A stretch of 64,000 nucleotides of DNA, taken from positions 2,186-66,185 of the forward strand of contig DETV01000048.1 of NCBI GenBank assembly GCA_002361775.1, in the 5' to 3' direction. The notes under the pieces were generated by a model, which was not told where the DNA came from, did no database searches, and worked only from the letters and a program-made list of their open reading frames with translations. Within the stretch, counting starts at the first letter, position 1. Each line of letters opens with the position of its first letter. A program made the position numbers and the translations under genes. Shown here piece after piece: positions 1 to 9,510 of the stretch. Source of the DNA: Eubacterium sp. UBA3279. Lineage in GTDB: Bacteria; Bacillota; Clostridia; Lachnospirales; Lachnospiraceae.

Positions 1-176
1 TTATTCGCAGAAACAACTCTTTTCGTTATCCAAAAATAAATGAAGTCGGATATGATAACCGCAATGCCTGCAAGTATCCACCGACTTCTTTGTACTAATA
101 TTGTTTTTGTGGTACTTAGGGCATTGTCCGCAACCTTTGCTACGAACAACACCGCTAAATTTATCAAACTAATCAT
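1..176 (-). CDS. Membrane protein, DUF5698/UPF0316-like (partial, runs off window)
   Basis: Manual translation from ATG 176 after AAGGAGG: MISLINLAVLFVAKVADNALSTTKTILVQRSRWILAGIAVIISDFIYFW...; not in ORF track. Confidence 0.6.
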   Translation of the reverse strand, partial: MISLINLAVLFVAKVADNALSTTKTILVQRSRWILAGIAVIISDFIYFWITKRVVSAN

Positions 177-193
177 ACAAGGCTTATCCCTCC

Positions 194-961
194 TTACTCA
201 GCCACTTTCTTTGCCACGACAACCATTCTTCCGTTGTTACGGGAATACTCGCAGGTAGAAAGCGTAATCAATTTATCTCCATATTCTGCATTGACTCCTG
301 TATCATATATAGCAAGTTCCTTGCACTTAGCAATATACGCATTGAAATCATCTGCCGTATCTGCATTGACAAAATCATAGTATCTGAAGCTATTTGGACT
401 GTCTGTATATACTTCTGTCTTGAAAGCAACCACTACTTCGTATTTGCCTTTCTCGGTCAGCGTATCAAACTGAATGGTTTTATGCTTTTTCCAAAAAGAT
501 TTATCGACATACTTCATCAATCCGGCGAACATCGACTTGTCGTTCATATGATGACCGTAGATAACAAGGTTATCTGACGGAGCGTCCACATCGCAGTTTT
601 CCTGCACATACGGGCAACCATAAACTGTGTAGCCTTTATCAAATCCGTGTCTTAGATAGAAATTCGGATTGTCTTTTGACTGCATAACCGGATAGTTGAT
701 TTTTGTATCCTCAACTTTTATCCAACCGACCATATCGTTGTTCTGCATATACAGTTCCTGATAGTCCGGCAGAAAGTCCTTATCTTCGGAATAGGACATT
801 GCATCTTCCATATCATCTGTATCCTCGATGGCTTCAATCAAGTTATCATAGAGTTCTGCCTGTTTTTTTGAGTCGCAATAGTCTTTGACCAAGAAGCCAA
901 CACTCACAGCAAGTACAACGCTTAATAGCGATATAACCGCAATTCTTAATTTCTTATTCAT
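194..961 (-). CDS. srtB: Class B sortase
   Basis: N-terminal TM anchor, IYGHHM, TLSTC catalytic motif followed by NGRMVVVAK. Confidence 0.92.
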   Translation of the reverse strand: MNKKLRIAVISLLSVVLAVSVGFLVKDYCDSKKQAELYDNLIEAIEDTDDMEDAMSYSEDKDFLPDYQELYMQNNDMVGWIKVEDTKINYPVMQSKDNPNFYLRHGFDKGYTVYGCPYVQENCDVDAPSDNLVIYGHHMNDKSMFAGLMKYVDKSFWKKHKTIQFDTLTEKGKYEVVVAFKTEVYTDSPNSFRYYDFVNADTADDFNAYIAKCKELAIYDTGVNAEYGDKLITLSTCEYSRNNGRMVVVAKKVAE

Positions 962-973
962 CGTTTTATACCT

Positions 974-1375
974 TTACCTTTCCATATCTTTTCGTTTGGA
1001 CGGAGTCAAATCTCTACAATATTCTGGATACCTGAGTTTGATACCCTCCATAAAGTAGGGAGCATATCCGCAACAGAATAATTCATCCGGTGTGAAAAGG
1101 TTTTCTTTTCCCTCCTCCGTAAAACCGTTCCAAAGATTAAAGGCAAGGTGGCAGACCTTGACTGTTCCACTGGTCTGCCAGCCACCATACATCCCCTCCG
1201 GCACAATGCAATCGTTCTTAAAATCAAACATTTTTCCGATATTCATTCTGGTTTCTTCTGAAATGCCCATCACATAGAAAAACGCCTGATGATAGCAGTC
1301 ATTGTGTCTGCACTTTTCGAGATTTTCAAAGACGAAATCTCTGTGTGCTTTGTTTCTGAATTGAATTTTTGCCAT
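974..1375 (-). CDS. Conserved ICE hypothetical protein (DUF6075-like)
   Basis: AAGGAGG RBS before ATG 1375 (MAKIQF...); WQTSGT..V..LAFNLWNG motif. Confidence 0.6.
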   Translation of the reverse strand: MAKIQFRNKAHRDFVFENLEKCRHNDCYHQAFFYVMGISEETRMNIGKMFDFKNDCIVPEGMYGGWQTSGTVKVCHLAFNLWNGFTEEGKENLFTPDELFCCGYAPYFMEGIKLRYPEYCRDLTPSKRKDMER

Positions 1376-1388
1376 AGAAAACACCTCC

Positions 1389-3722
1389 TTATAAGCCTTC
1401 ACCGGGCTTCGTCGTCATCAAGCGGTACAACTTCGTATTCTTCGGGAACTTGTTTGCAAACGGTACAAGAGAACTGCCAACCTTGATAAGTCCGTGTCCT
1501 GCATCAACATTCGTGATATACGAAAGCTGAAGGTCGGAGATATTCAAAAGCTTTGCAAGTTCCAGTCTGTCGGTAGAAGCCTGATTGAGCATAATGATAA
1601 ACTCGCTGTTTGCAAGCATTGTTCTTGCGGTATGGCTCTGTAAGAGGTCGTCCACATTCTGCGTGATACCGGTTGCGTATGCACCGTACTTTCTTACACG
1701 CTTCCAGAGTGTAAAGAGGAAGTTTGCAGAATACTCGTGTTGGAACAAGAGGTAAATCTCATCAATGAAGATAAAGGTATGCTTACCCTTTGCTCGGTTC
1801 TGTGTGATTCGGTTCAAAATGCTATCGAGGACGACAAGCATACCGATTGGCATAAGCTGCTTACCAAGGTCGAGAATGTCATAACAGATAAGTCGATTGT
1901 GAGTGTCTACATTTGTCTGCTTTGCAAATGTGTTCAGCGAACCGTGGGTAAACAACTCAATAGCAAGAGCGATTTCCTTTGCTTCCGGCTCATCCTGTTT
2001 GAGAAGTTCATCTCTGAAATCCTGCAAGGTCGGAACCTGCCCGGTGTAATCATTCTGCTGATAGGTGCGGTAAACGCTTGCAGTGCAACGGTCAATAATG
2101 GACTTCTGCTTTGCTCCGAGATTTGTACCGCCGATAAGCTGTTCGCAAAGGGACATAATAAACTCGGATTTCAAGATAACAGGATTTGCTCCGTCGCCAT
2201 AGTCCTTGTTCATATCCATTGCATTGATATGGTTTTTCGATGTTGCGGAGATATTGATAATCTCTCCACCAAGTGCATTTACAAGGTGGGAATACTCCCT
2301 CTCAGGGTCGATGATGATTACATCGGCGTCGGAAGAAAGGATAATATTTTCAATCTCCCCCTTAGCCGCAAAGGACTTACCGCCACCAGATACACCGAGG
2401 ATAAAGGAATTACCGTTAAGAAGCTGTTTTCTGTCGGCAATTATCATATTTTTACTGATAACATTCTGACCGTAGTAAATACCGTTCTCGTGGTAAATAT
2501 CCTGAACTCTGAACGGAATAAACACTGCAAGGCTCTCGGTTGTAAGGGTTCTGAAGGTATCAATTTTCCTTGTACCGTATGGCATAACGGTATTGAGTCC
2601 GTCCATCTGCTGAAATTTAAGAACCGCAAACTGACAAAGATGCTTTCTCGCTGTTGTGAGCAACGCTTCTGTATCGTTATCGAGCTGTTCTTTGGTATCT
2701 GCGGTATGCACCATCGTAAGCACTGCGAACATCATTCTCTGGTCACGGGTGGTAAGGTCATCAAGAAACTCTTTCATTTCCTTTTTCTGCTGTTCCATAT
2801 CATAAGGAACGGTTGCCGAAAAGTTATTGTTCATATTCTGCTTTCTCTGCCAGTTCGTGATGTTGGTTTCTACACCGAGCAATCTGTTTTCGGCTTCTCT
2901 GACTGCTTCATCGGTAGGAACAGGTACAATATCAATGGACATCATCAGATTTCGGTTCATATCCGTAAGTTCCGCCACCATACTGTCCTTGATATAGGAC
3001 GCATATTCACGTAAAAAGATAACTCTGCCATAACGATTGCCGATTTTGAAATAATCACTTTCAAATTCTAAAGAGTCCGGGCAAATATAGTCCTTGAAAT
3101 CGTGTCCTTTCTTTCGGGTTTCCTTAACATCAAAGTGATACGAGGTTTCCTCTCCCACACGGAAGAAATCGTGAATAATGCGAAGTCGCTCATCTGTTTC
3201 AAGTTCCACGCACTTACTGCCAAGTCGTGAAAAGTGTGAAATCAAATCCGCACCCACACGGGCAAAATAAGTTCTTGCGTCGTCTACATTCTTTTTGTTG
3301 ATGGAGATGGTCACATACTTATCCTGCACCGTTGAATTTGCTCCCGTCGCCTTATCAAGAAGCATTTTATTGTATTCCTCTCGATACTCATCAAGTTCAT
3401 CTCCGGTTTCAGGAATAAGGATTGTTTTCTCAAAGTCCAAACGGTTCAGTCGTCTGTTGTTGATAGTGAGCTTTGTTGTTGCTCCACTGTCAAGAGAGTT
3501 AAGCAGTTCCGAATACTCAAGGAACATCGCTTCCTTATCTTCTCGACTGGCAACCGCATAGTTAATATCCGTAAACTTAAAAGATTTGGAATACTTATCT
3601 TTGCCCACTCTGAAAACACCGTCGTCATAGATGGCAGTAACCGGAATACAGTCCTGCACACCCTTCGGTACAACGAATTTTTCCTTATCCTGCTTAAAGA
3701 TGTTGTTTAATGTCTTAATCAT
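1389..3722 (-). CDS. virB4: VirB4-like conjugative ATPase
   Basis: Walker A GVSGGGKS, IIDPEREY, Walker B FIDEIY, RVRKYG; start moved to ATG 3722 (MIKTL) after AGGAGG. Confidence 0.93.
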   Translation of the reverse strand: MIKTLNNIFKQDKEKFVVPKGVQDCIPVTAIYDDGVFRVGKDKYSKSFKFTDINYAVASREDKEAMFLEYSELLNSLDSGATTKLTINNRRLNRLDFEKTILIPETGDELDEYREEYNKMLLDKATGANSTVQDKYVTISINKKNVDDARTYFARVGADLISHFSRLGSKCVELETDERLRIIHDFFRVGEETSYHFDVKETRKKGHDFKDYICPDSLEFESDYFKIGNRYGRVIFLREYASYIKDSMVAELTDMNRNLMMSIDIVPVPTDEAVREAENRLLGVETNITNWQRKQNMNNNFSATVPYDMEQQKKEMKEFLDDLTTRDQRMMFAVLTMVHTADTKEQLDNDTEALLTTARKHLCQFAVLKFQQMDGLNTVMPYGTRKIDTFRTLTTESLAVFIPFRVQDIYHENGIYYGQNVISKNMIIADRKQLLNGNSFILGVSGGGKSFAAKGEIENIILSSDADVIIIDPEREYSHLVNALGGEIINISATSKNHINAMDMNKDYGDGANPVILKSEFIMSLCEQLIGGTNLGAKQKSIIDRCTASVYRTYQQNDYTGQVPTLQDFRDELLKQDEPEAKEIALAIELFTHGSLNTFAKQTNVDTHNRLICYDILDLGKQLMPIGMLVVLDSILNRITQNRAKGKHTFIFIDEIYLLFQHEYSANFLFTLWKRVRKYGAYATGITQNVDDLLQSHTARTMLANSEFIIMLNQASTDRLELAKLLNISDLQLSYITNVDAGHGLIKVGSSLVPFANKFPKNTKLYRLMTTKPGEGL

Positions 3723-4080
3723 TATTCTTGTAAGCCTCCTTTGTCTTTTTCTCAATGCTCGGTTTCATCAGTTCTAAATAGGTGTTTGTGGAGTGAAATA
3801 CCAACTTCTTGGGCATAAGAAATTCAGACTTAATCCACGCCCATATAAATTTCTCCGCTGTCATTCCGTTGTATTTCACAAATCCGAGAGCCGCAAACGG
3901 TGCTGCTCCCAAAATACACACCCACGATACTGTTTCTGTTCCAAGATGCGGTTTGAGTAAGAAGTACAACCCTACTGCCACACCACACGCAAGGACAGAA
4001 AAAATGAACTGTCTGAGCGACAGCCCAAAGAACATTGATTCTGTGTAATTTCGTATTTCTCTGTTAATCTTCACTTCCAC
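3715..4080 (-). CDS. prgI: PrgI family protein (VirB3-like)
   Basis: MEVKINREIRNYTESMFFGLSLRQ, two TM segments, directly upstream of virB4. Confidence 0.85.
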   Translation of the reverse strand: MEVKINREIRNYTESMFFGLSLRQFIFSVLACGVAVGLYFLLKPHLGTETVSWVCILGAAPFAALGFVKYNGMTAEKFIWAWIKSEFLMPKKLVFHSTNTYLELMKPSIEKKTKEAYKNND

Positions 4081-4349
4081 AGTTCTTCACGCTCCTTAAC
4101 AAGCAAGTATTTGTTTCAAATCGGTCAGGTTCAGCATCAACTCTGACATCTCCGGTTGTAATATACGCAATATTCTTTTTCGGAATATAGCAAGAACCTA
4201 AGAGCAAATCGGTAATGAGAAAAATATCCTCATCATCTGCTCTTTGAAAAAGGCTGACGATTGTTTTCTTCCCTTTAAGTTCATAATCTTCAGCCGCCTG
4301 AACGACCTCGCCGGTAACGAGGTGTAAGTTATATCTGTACTGTTTTCAT
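4064..4349 (-). pseudogene. Small ICE gene with apparent +1 frameshift just after the start codon
   Basis: RBS GAAAGGA then ATGAAAACAG gives MKTVQI*; removing one A gives an open ~94-aa MKQYRYNLHLVTGEVVQAAEDYELKG...CGSED. Confidence 0.5.
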
Positions 4350-4516
4350 TTGTTTTTCCTTTCTCTGCGAATCGGTCGAATTTTAGAAGGCACGACACAA
4401 ATATCCGTAAGACAAATACGCTCGCCCCTTCTTTTACCGCCGTTATACACGCAGGCTTTACATCTACGGTCAGCAGAGAAATATTTCTGCCGACCTGTCC
4501 TGTTTCTGTTTTTCAT
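4346..4516 (-). CDS. Small basic Cys-containing hypothetical protein (56 aa)
   Basis: GGAGG RBS; MKNRNRTGRQKYFSADRRCKACVYNGGKRRGERICLTDICVVPSKIRPIRRERKNK; TGA overlaps next ATG. Confidence 0.5.
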   Translation of the reverse strand: MKNRNRTGRQKYFSADRRCKACVYNGGKRRGERICLTDICVVPSKIRPIRRERKNK

Positions 4517-4531
4517 TTTCTTGAACCTCCG

Positions 4532-5368
4532 TTATAAGCCCATCATTTCTCTGATAATACGGTCACTCATCTTTACTGCACCAACAAGAACAAGCATATT
4601 AAATACAAGTTCTCCGATATATGACCATACCTGTGTAACTGCCGCAGCGTCCGGGTTTACTACCGGCGGACTTGACGCAAACAGTGAGAAGATTATGCAG
4701 GCAAGCACGATTACTGCACCTTCAAGCAGTACCGCACAGTAACTTTTAATAAAACTCTTGCCCACATTCTGCGTTGGTTCTCCGGCAAAGGTAGATAGCG
4801 GTATCGGTGCTAATGCCGTATACATATACAGTTTGAAAAATCTGCCGTAAACCGTCATTATCAGAATGAATGACAACACCGTAATAAAAAGACCGCCTAT
4901 CAGAGTCACTGCCCATAGCGGAATGCTTTCAAAGAATCCGCAGTCCTCAATGGTTGTTACCATTTCGGATGGGAACGTCGTTTGATTCGGTGTTCCAAAT
5001 CCCGATGATGTCATAATGGTTGAAATGATACCTTGAACGATATTGAATAAAGCAAGCATAAGCTCCATACCGTAGGTTATGACACCTTTGGCAATGGCAA
5101 AGCGAACAAACAATTTCAATGCGTGTTCCGGCTTTTTCACATCGGTAAAGCTGCCACAGGTACGGACAACGCCTACCACAAAGAACAGTACTAATAGTGC
5201 AAGCCCGATTGCCTGAATTGCTCCGTTAATTGTTACCATCACATTCCATATGCTTCCGCCTTTGAAATTCTGCGGTGTTGTGGTTAAAAGCTGCCATATC
5301 TCGCTTAATTTATCGTTCCAAGTTTCAAGAGCGTTTTCGAGGTTTTGAACTACCCAGTTATCGCTCAT
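4532..5368 (-). CDS. VirB6-like conjugative membrane protein
   Basis: Multiple TM helices, VYGRFFKLYMYTALAPIPLSTFAGE motif, position between pilin-like gene and prgI. Confidence 0.8.
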   Translation of the reverse strand: MSDNWVVQNLENALETWNDKLSEIWQLLTTTPQNFKGGSIWNVMVTINGAIQAIGLALLVLFFVVGVVRTCGSFTDVKKPEHALKLFVRFAIAKGVITYGMELMLALFNIVQGIISTIMTSSGFGTPNQTTFPSEMVTTIEDCGFFESIPLWAVTLIGGLFITVLSFILIMTVYGRFFKLYMYTALAPIPLSTFAGEPTQNVGKSFIKSYCAVLLEGAVIVLACIIFSLFASSPPVVNPDAAAVTQVWSYIGELVFNMLVLVGAVKMSDRIIREMMGL

Positions 5369-5386
5369 TCATTCGCACCTCCTTGT

Positions 5387-5423
5387 AAAAATGGAGGCAT
5401 ACCCGTTTTGGCGAGTATGCCCC
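5387..5423 (-). terminator. Intra-operon intrinsic terminator-like hairpin
   Basis: Minus strand GGGGCATACTCG-CCAAAA-CGGGTATGCCTC then CATTTTT (12 bp incl. 2 G-U). Confidence 0.65.
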
Positions 5424-5440
5424 GTGATAACTGTTGCTTC

Positions 5441-5806
5441 TTAGCCTGTGATAAGAGTAAGGATTTCTTTTGCGAAAGTAATGATGATACCTCCGGCAAG
5501 AGTAAGAAAACCGTTTGCTCTCTGGGACGGGTCGTGGGACTTCAAAGAAAGTCCGACCTGCACGATACCGAAGCCGAGCAGGATAAGTCCAATTGCACGG
5601 ATAAGTCCGAAAATGAAATCGGACAGATTGTTTACTACCGTGATAGGGTCGTTTGCCGCAAATGCGGTTACACCTGTGCCGAGTACAATGGTCATTGCCA
5701 GTACCGCCACACAATATGCACGGTAGCCTTTCTTAACCTTTCCGGTCATAGGCAGTTTAGAGGTTGCTTTGTTTTCTGTGTTTCTCTTAAAAAATCTCAT
5801 TATCAT
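5441..5806 (-). CDS. VirB2/TrbC-like pilin precursor
   Basis: Leader ending in TAFAA, two hydrophobic helices, SLKSHDPSQRANG motif; downstream of virD4. Confidence 0.7.
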   Translation of the reverse strand: MIMRFFKRNTENKATSKLPMTGKVKKGYRAYCVAVLAMTIVLGTGVTAFAANDPITVVNNLSDFIFGLIRAIGLILLGFGIVQVGLSLKSHDPSQRANGFLTLAGGIIITFAKEILTLITG

Positions 5807-5818
5807 TTCCTCCTGTGA

Positions 5819-7609
5819 TTAAAAATTGTTATCTACTTCAAAATCCTCATCGGACAGAAGTTCATAAGTGGTTTCTCCGTAATTGCTTTCCTCAACCTCA
5901 TCAGGGTCAATGGCAAGAACGGAAATAGATGAGTGCGGTATCGTTACTTCTCCGTGCTTGTACGGTTTCTCTTTTCCGTCTGTGGTCAGTGCCACATTCG
6001 GGTGCTTCAAGATGTCGTACTTAAAATCCATAATCGGTCGCTCCCCTCGGATAAATAAAATCGCATATTGGTTATCCAGCATACGCACTTCATCCGGTGT
6101 AAGAAGTTCTCGACCACTTATCTGATAGTTGGTGGAGTAGTTACCGCTTCGACCGGAACTCTTACCGTAAGTGTTCGTGTCGATAGTTTCTTTGCCGAGT
6201 AGCTCCGACACATATTTGTGTGTACTTTGCTCGTTGCCGCCAAGATACAGAAATTCATCGCAGTTGCCCACGATACTTTCCCATTGTTTTTCAAACAAGG
6301 CTTTAAGCTGTGCCAAGTTCTGTAAGATGATACTGACCGACACACCTCTGGAACGCATTACCGAAAGTATCTTGTCAAAGTCATCCGGCAATGAAACATT
6401 GGCAAATTCGTCCATCAGAAAATGGACGGGAACGGGAAGCGAACCTCCGTGGATATGGTCGGCGGCATAGAATAACTGCTGAAACAGTTGGGTATATAAA
6501 ATCGACACCAGAAAATTGAAACTGGAGTCGTTATCGGGTATCAGGGCAAACAAGGCGACTTTCTTTTCTCCCATAGAGGGCAGGTCTAACTCGTCTGCCG
6601 AAGTTAATGAAGCAAGGCTTTCAAGATTGAATTTCTCAAGCCTTGCGGCAAGCGTTATCTGAATGGATTTCAGTGTCTTTGCCGAACCGGAATGATAGGA
6701 ACGGTAATACTTTAGAGCAATATGGTCGGGATTGTTCATCTCAAGCTCTGCAAATAATTCATCGAGAGGAGATGGTCTTGTATCCTCCTCGTCCTCAATC
6801 GAACCGGCTCTGAGCATTTCCATAACCATTGCAAAGTTCTGTTCTTCCTCCGGTGCTTCATAGCGTAAATAAAACACCAACGCCAAAAGGAGCATAGAAG
6901 CTGAAGTGTCCCAAAACGGGTCTTGGGACTGACTGCCCTTTGGTGTGGTGCTTTTGAATAAGTTAGTTACAAGTTTCTGCACATCGTTGTCGTTCTGAAG
7001 ATACACAAAAGGATTGTAACAGTGGCTCTTTTCCATAGAGATAAGGTCAAGAACTCTGACCTCATATCCTTTTTTCTCAAGAAGTTTTCCCGTATCCCTC
7101 AAGATTTCGCCTTTCGGGTCAAGGATTACAAAAGAGGTATTGCACTGCATAAGGTTGGGCTTACAGTAAAATCTTGTTTTACCTGCACCGGAACCGCCGC
7201 ATACCAGTGTATTCAGATTTCGTCTGTGCTTTTTCGCATTCAATCCGATACGGACATTCTGCGTCATCAGCTTATTATCGGAATACGGAGACTGTCTGTA
7301 CTTCTTATCCACGGCTCTTGCATTGCCCCATTTTGCAGAACCGTGTTCCTCCCGCCTGCGGTAGTTTCTCTGTGTGGAGAAATATATCCCGATACCCATT
7401 CCATAGCACAAAAGCAAAATGAGGACAGTTTTCACACTGTCCTCACAAACTTCTATATGAAACGGATTGTTAAATACATTCATCAGGCTCGGCAATATCT
7501 CCGGCAATCCGCCTTTAACTGACGGAGCTATGAGAAGTGCCAGCCACACAACCGGAACAATGCCGATGACAGAAAGAATCATCGCAGACTGTCTTTCGTT
7601 ATCTCGCAT
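5819..7609 (-). CDS. virD4: VirD4/TraG type IV coupling protein
   Basis: EEHGSAKWG, Walker A GGSGAGKT, DPKGE, Walker B LMDEFAN, ILQNLAQL. Confidence 0.93.
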   Translation of the reverse strand: MRDNERQSAMILSVIGIVPVVWLALLIAPSVKGGLPEILPSLMNVFNNPFHIEVCEDSVKTVLILLLCYGMGIGIYFSTQRNYRRREEHGSAKWGNARAVDKKYRQSPYSDNKLMTQNVRIGLNAKKHRRNLNTLVCGGSGAGKTRFYCKPNLMQCNTSFVILDPKGEILRDTGKLLEKKGYEVRVLDLISMEKSHCYNPFVYLQNDNDVQKLVTNLFKSTTPKGSQSQDPFWDTSASMLLLALVFYLRYEAPEEEQNFAMVMEMLRAGSIEDEEDTRPSPLDELFAELEMNNPDHIALKYYRSYHSGSAKTLKSIQITLAARLEKFNLESLASLTSADELDLPSMGEKKVALFALIPDNDSSFNFLVSILYTQLFQQLFYAADHIHGGSLPVPVHFLMDEFANVSLPDDFDKILSVMRSRGVSVSIILQNLAQLKALFEKQWESIVGNCDEFLYLGGNEQSTHKYVSELLGKETIDTNTYGKSSGRSGNYSTNYQISGRELLTPDEVRMLDNQYAILFIRGERPIMDFKYDILKHPNVALTTDGKEKPYKHGEVTIPHSSISVLAIDPDEVEESNYGETTYELLSDEDFEVDNNF

Positions 7610-7802
7610 CGCCAGAGCGTTCCTTTTCGATAACCTTGAATTTTTTCTTTGGGGCAGTCCCGACCTTGATAATCAGGTCGTCCACAGCGTCTGTTGATTT
7701 CCCTTCGTTCATTAAATCTGTTTTCTCATCATTAAGAGAACGGATAACGATACCGTGTTCATAATCATCCAACGCTATATGGTAAAGTTCTTCTTTTGCC
7801 AT
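7599..7802 (-). CDS. Small conserved ICE protein, paralogue of 29125..29298
   Basis: 67-aa ORF coupled to virD4; ungapped similarity to the 29125 ORF. Confidence 0.75.
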   Translation of the reverse strand: MAKEELYHIALDDYEHGIVIRSLNDEKTDLMNEGKSTDAVDDLIIKVGTAPKKKFKVIEKERSGDAR

Positions 7803-7813
7803 ATCAGTACCTC

Positions 7814-8698
7814 TTATCTTTCATAATCTTTTGAGCGTGTCTGCTTTTTCTTATACAGTTCATCGGACACACGGGAATGAACATCAGCCATCGCATTTCT
7901 CGTCTTGGATAGTTCAAAACGAATGTCCTTCGGCTCTTTGTTTGCCAGCTTATCCGGAATACGGTTGATGGCAAAATTCTGTGTATCAATCCCATACTTC
8001 TTGCAAAGCATATATCCGATACACACCGCCTGAAAGCCCGTATCAGAACGACTGTAACTGTCGCTGTTGATGGAAAGCTGTGCGTGTCCCAGTTCCTGTG
8101 CTACGCACTGTGCAACCGCTACGCTGTCTCCCACATCACGCTTTACATACAAGGTCTGTTCCTCATTATTGTAAAACGCCGCCATATTTGGATAGGGGAG
8201 GTCGTTTGTTGCTTCTACATTCACAGGAGAAGAATCAAGCATTGTGGTAATCAGTGCTTTCGGGTCACGATTAGCTGTCGGTGCAGGCGGTCGTTTCCCA
8301 TTGGTCTGTGCCACATCAAACACTTTCTTCACATTGTAGGAAATGCCTGTTGTTCCGTCACGCTTTGCATATTCCACCGGTTCAAGAATGGATATGCTCT
8401 TAGCACCTTTTGTAATTTTAATGTTGTCTTTGCTCCAGTCATCAAAATCTTTAAGCTGTACCGCCTGCGGATACTGCTTGTAAATCAAAAGTGCGTTGAC
8501 TGCCGAATATCTGTCAAGTCGGCTCTGTGTATCAAGGAACGCTTTGAATTTCTCCGGCGAAGATACAATCTCTTTCGCCGCTTCATCCGCAAGCTGATAC
8601 ACAGCGTCTTTCTCGGCTCGTTTCTTCTCAGCATATTCCTCTTTGGAAAGTCTCGGTCGCTGACCGCCTGCTTTTGCAGGAGTAAAATTTTCTGTCAT
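7814..8698 (-). CDS. ArdC-like ssDNA-binding / anti-restriction protein
   Basis: RYSAVNALLIYKQYPQA...FDDW...KGAKSISILEP N-terminal ArdC motif; C-terminal AQELGH (HEXXH-like, first His replaced). Confidence 0.7.
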   Translation of the reverse strand: MTENFTPAKAGGQRPRLSKEEYAEKKRAEKDAVYQLADEAAKEIVSSPEKFKAFLDTQSRLDRYSAVNALLIYKQYPQAVQLKDFDDWSKDNIKITKGAKSISILEPVEYAKRDGTTGISYNVKKVFDVAQTNGKRPPAPTANRDPKALITTMLDSSPVNVEATNDLPYPNMAAFYNNEEQTLYVKRDVGDSVAVAQCVAQELGHAQLSINSDSYSRSDTGFQAVCIGYMLCKKYGIDTQNFAINRIPDKLANKEPKDIRFELSKTRNAMADVHSRVSDELYKKKQTRSKDYER

Positions 8699-8703
8699 TG
8701 TAA

Positions 8704-9510
8704 TTACCTCTCTTTCGGTTTCTTGGATTTTGTTTTTGGCTGTTGGTGTACCGTCTGCTTCGGTACAGAAGGATGCTTTGCCTTATCTGTTTCCGGCTCT
8801 TTGCGTTCTGCTTCTTTCTGCTGTTTCGCCTGAGCCTTATAGCGGTCGAGCTTTTCCTTTACCGATGGCTTCTTCTGTCTGTCAACAACAGTACCCTTAT
8901 CAGTTTGCATATCTACCGGCTCTGAGTTTTGCCTTGACGGAGGGTTTTTGTCCGTTTTGGCGGTTGTGGGGTTTGACTGTGCGTTTTCCTCTTTCTGAAG
9001 TGGTTTTCGTACAGCTTCCTCCGTGATGATTTCATTCTTGGATTTTGTCGGCTTATCTTTTTCCACGGCTTCTCGTTTTTCAACCGCCTTCTGCGATTCT
9101 GTTACGATTGCCGCCTTATCCACCTTACCGAGTTCAAATCTCTCAACGATTCTCTGAATTTTAGAAGCGTCCTCCGCACGTGCGATAATATCAATCGGGA
9201 CATTATCTCCCCTTGTATTCTTATCTCGGAGAACACAATAGAGAACACCGTAGCGTTTTGCCTGTTCGGTGAATTTCTTCAAGTCCTTATTCGGAATAGA
9301 AAACACTTTCAATTCTTTGCCCGATTTAATCATATTGGTAAGACGGGCTTTTCCTCTGGTCTTGTTCGCCTGCGTTGCTTCCTGTTTTAATACGGAAGCA
9401 AGAAGAATTGCGATATTCTTTGCGGCTGAACCGGTAAGTCTTGCAGCAACTTCAAAGCCTTCAAGGGATAACCTGACGACCTGTTCGGCTGCGTCACCTG
9501 AATTTGTCAT
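8704..9510 (-). CDS. PcfB family (DUF3801) protein
   Basis: MTNSGDAAEQVVRLSLEG start after AAAGGAG; KRYGVLYCVLRD motif. Confidence 0.8.
   Translation of the reverse strand: MTNSGDAAEQVVRLSLEGFEVAARLTGSAAKNIAILLASVLKQEATQANKTRGKARLTNMIKSGKELKVFSIPNKDLKKFTEQAKRYGVLYCVLRDKNTRGDNVPIDIIARAEDASKIQRIVERFELGKVDKAAIVTESQKAVEKREAVEKDKPTKSKNEIITEEAVRKPLQKEENAQSNPTTAKTDKNPPSRQNSEPVDMQTDKGTVVDRQKKPSVKEKLDRYKAQAKQQKEAERKEPETDKAKHPSVPKQTVHQQPKTKSKKPKER

Noticed and set aside
1737-3014. 425-aa plus-strand ORF
   Set aside because: Antisense shadow of virB4; no RBS or recognisable motifs
4346-4348. TGA readthrough (selenocysteine) fusing the 56-aa ORF to the downstream frame
   Set aside because: No SECIS-like hairpin seen; an RBS-ATG with a 1-nt insertion is simpler
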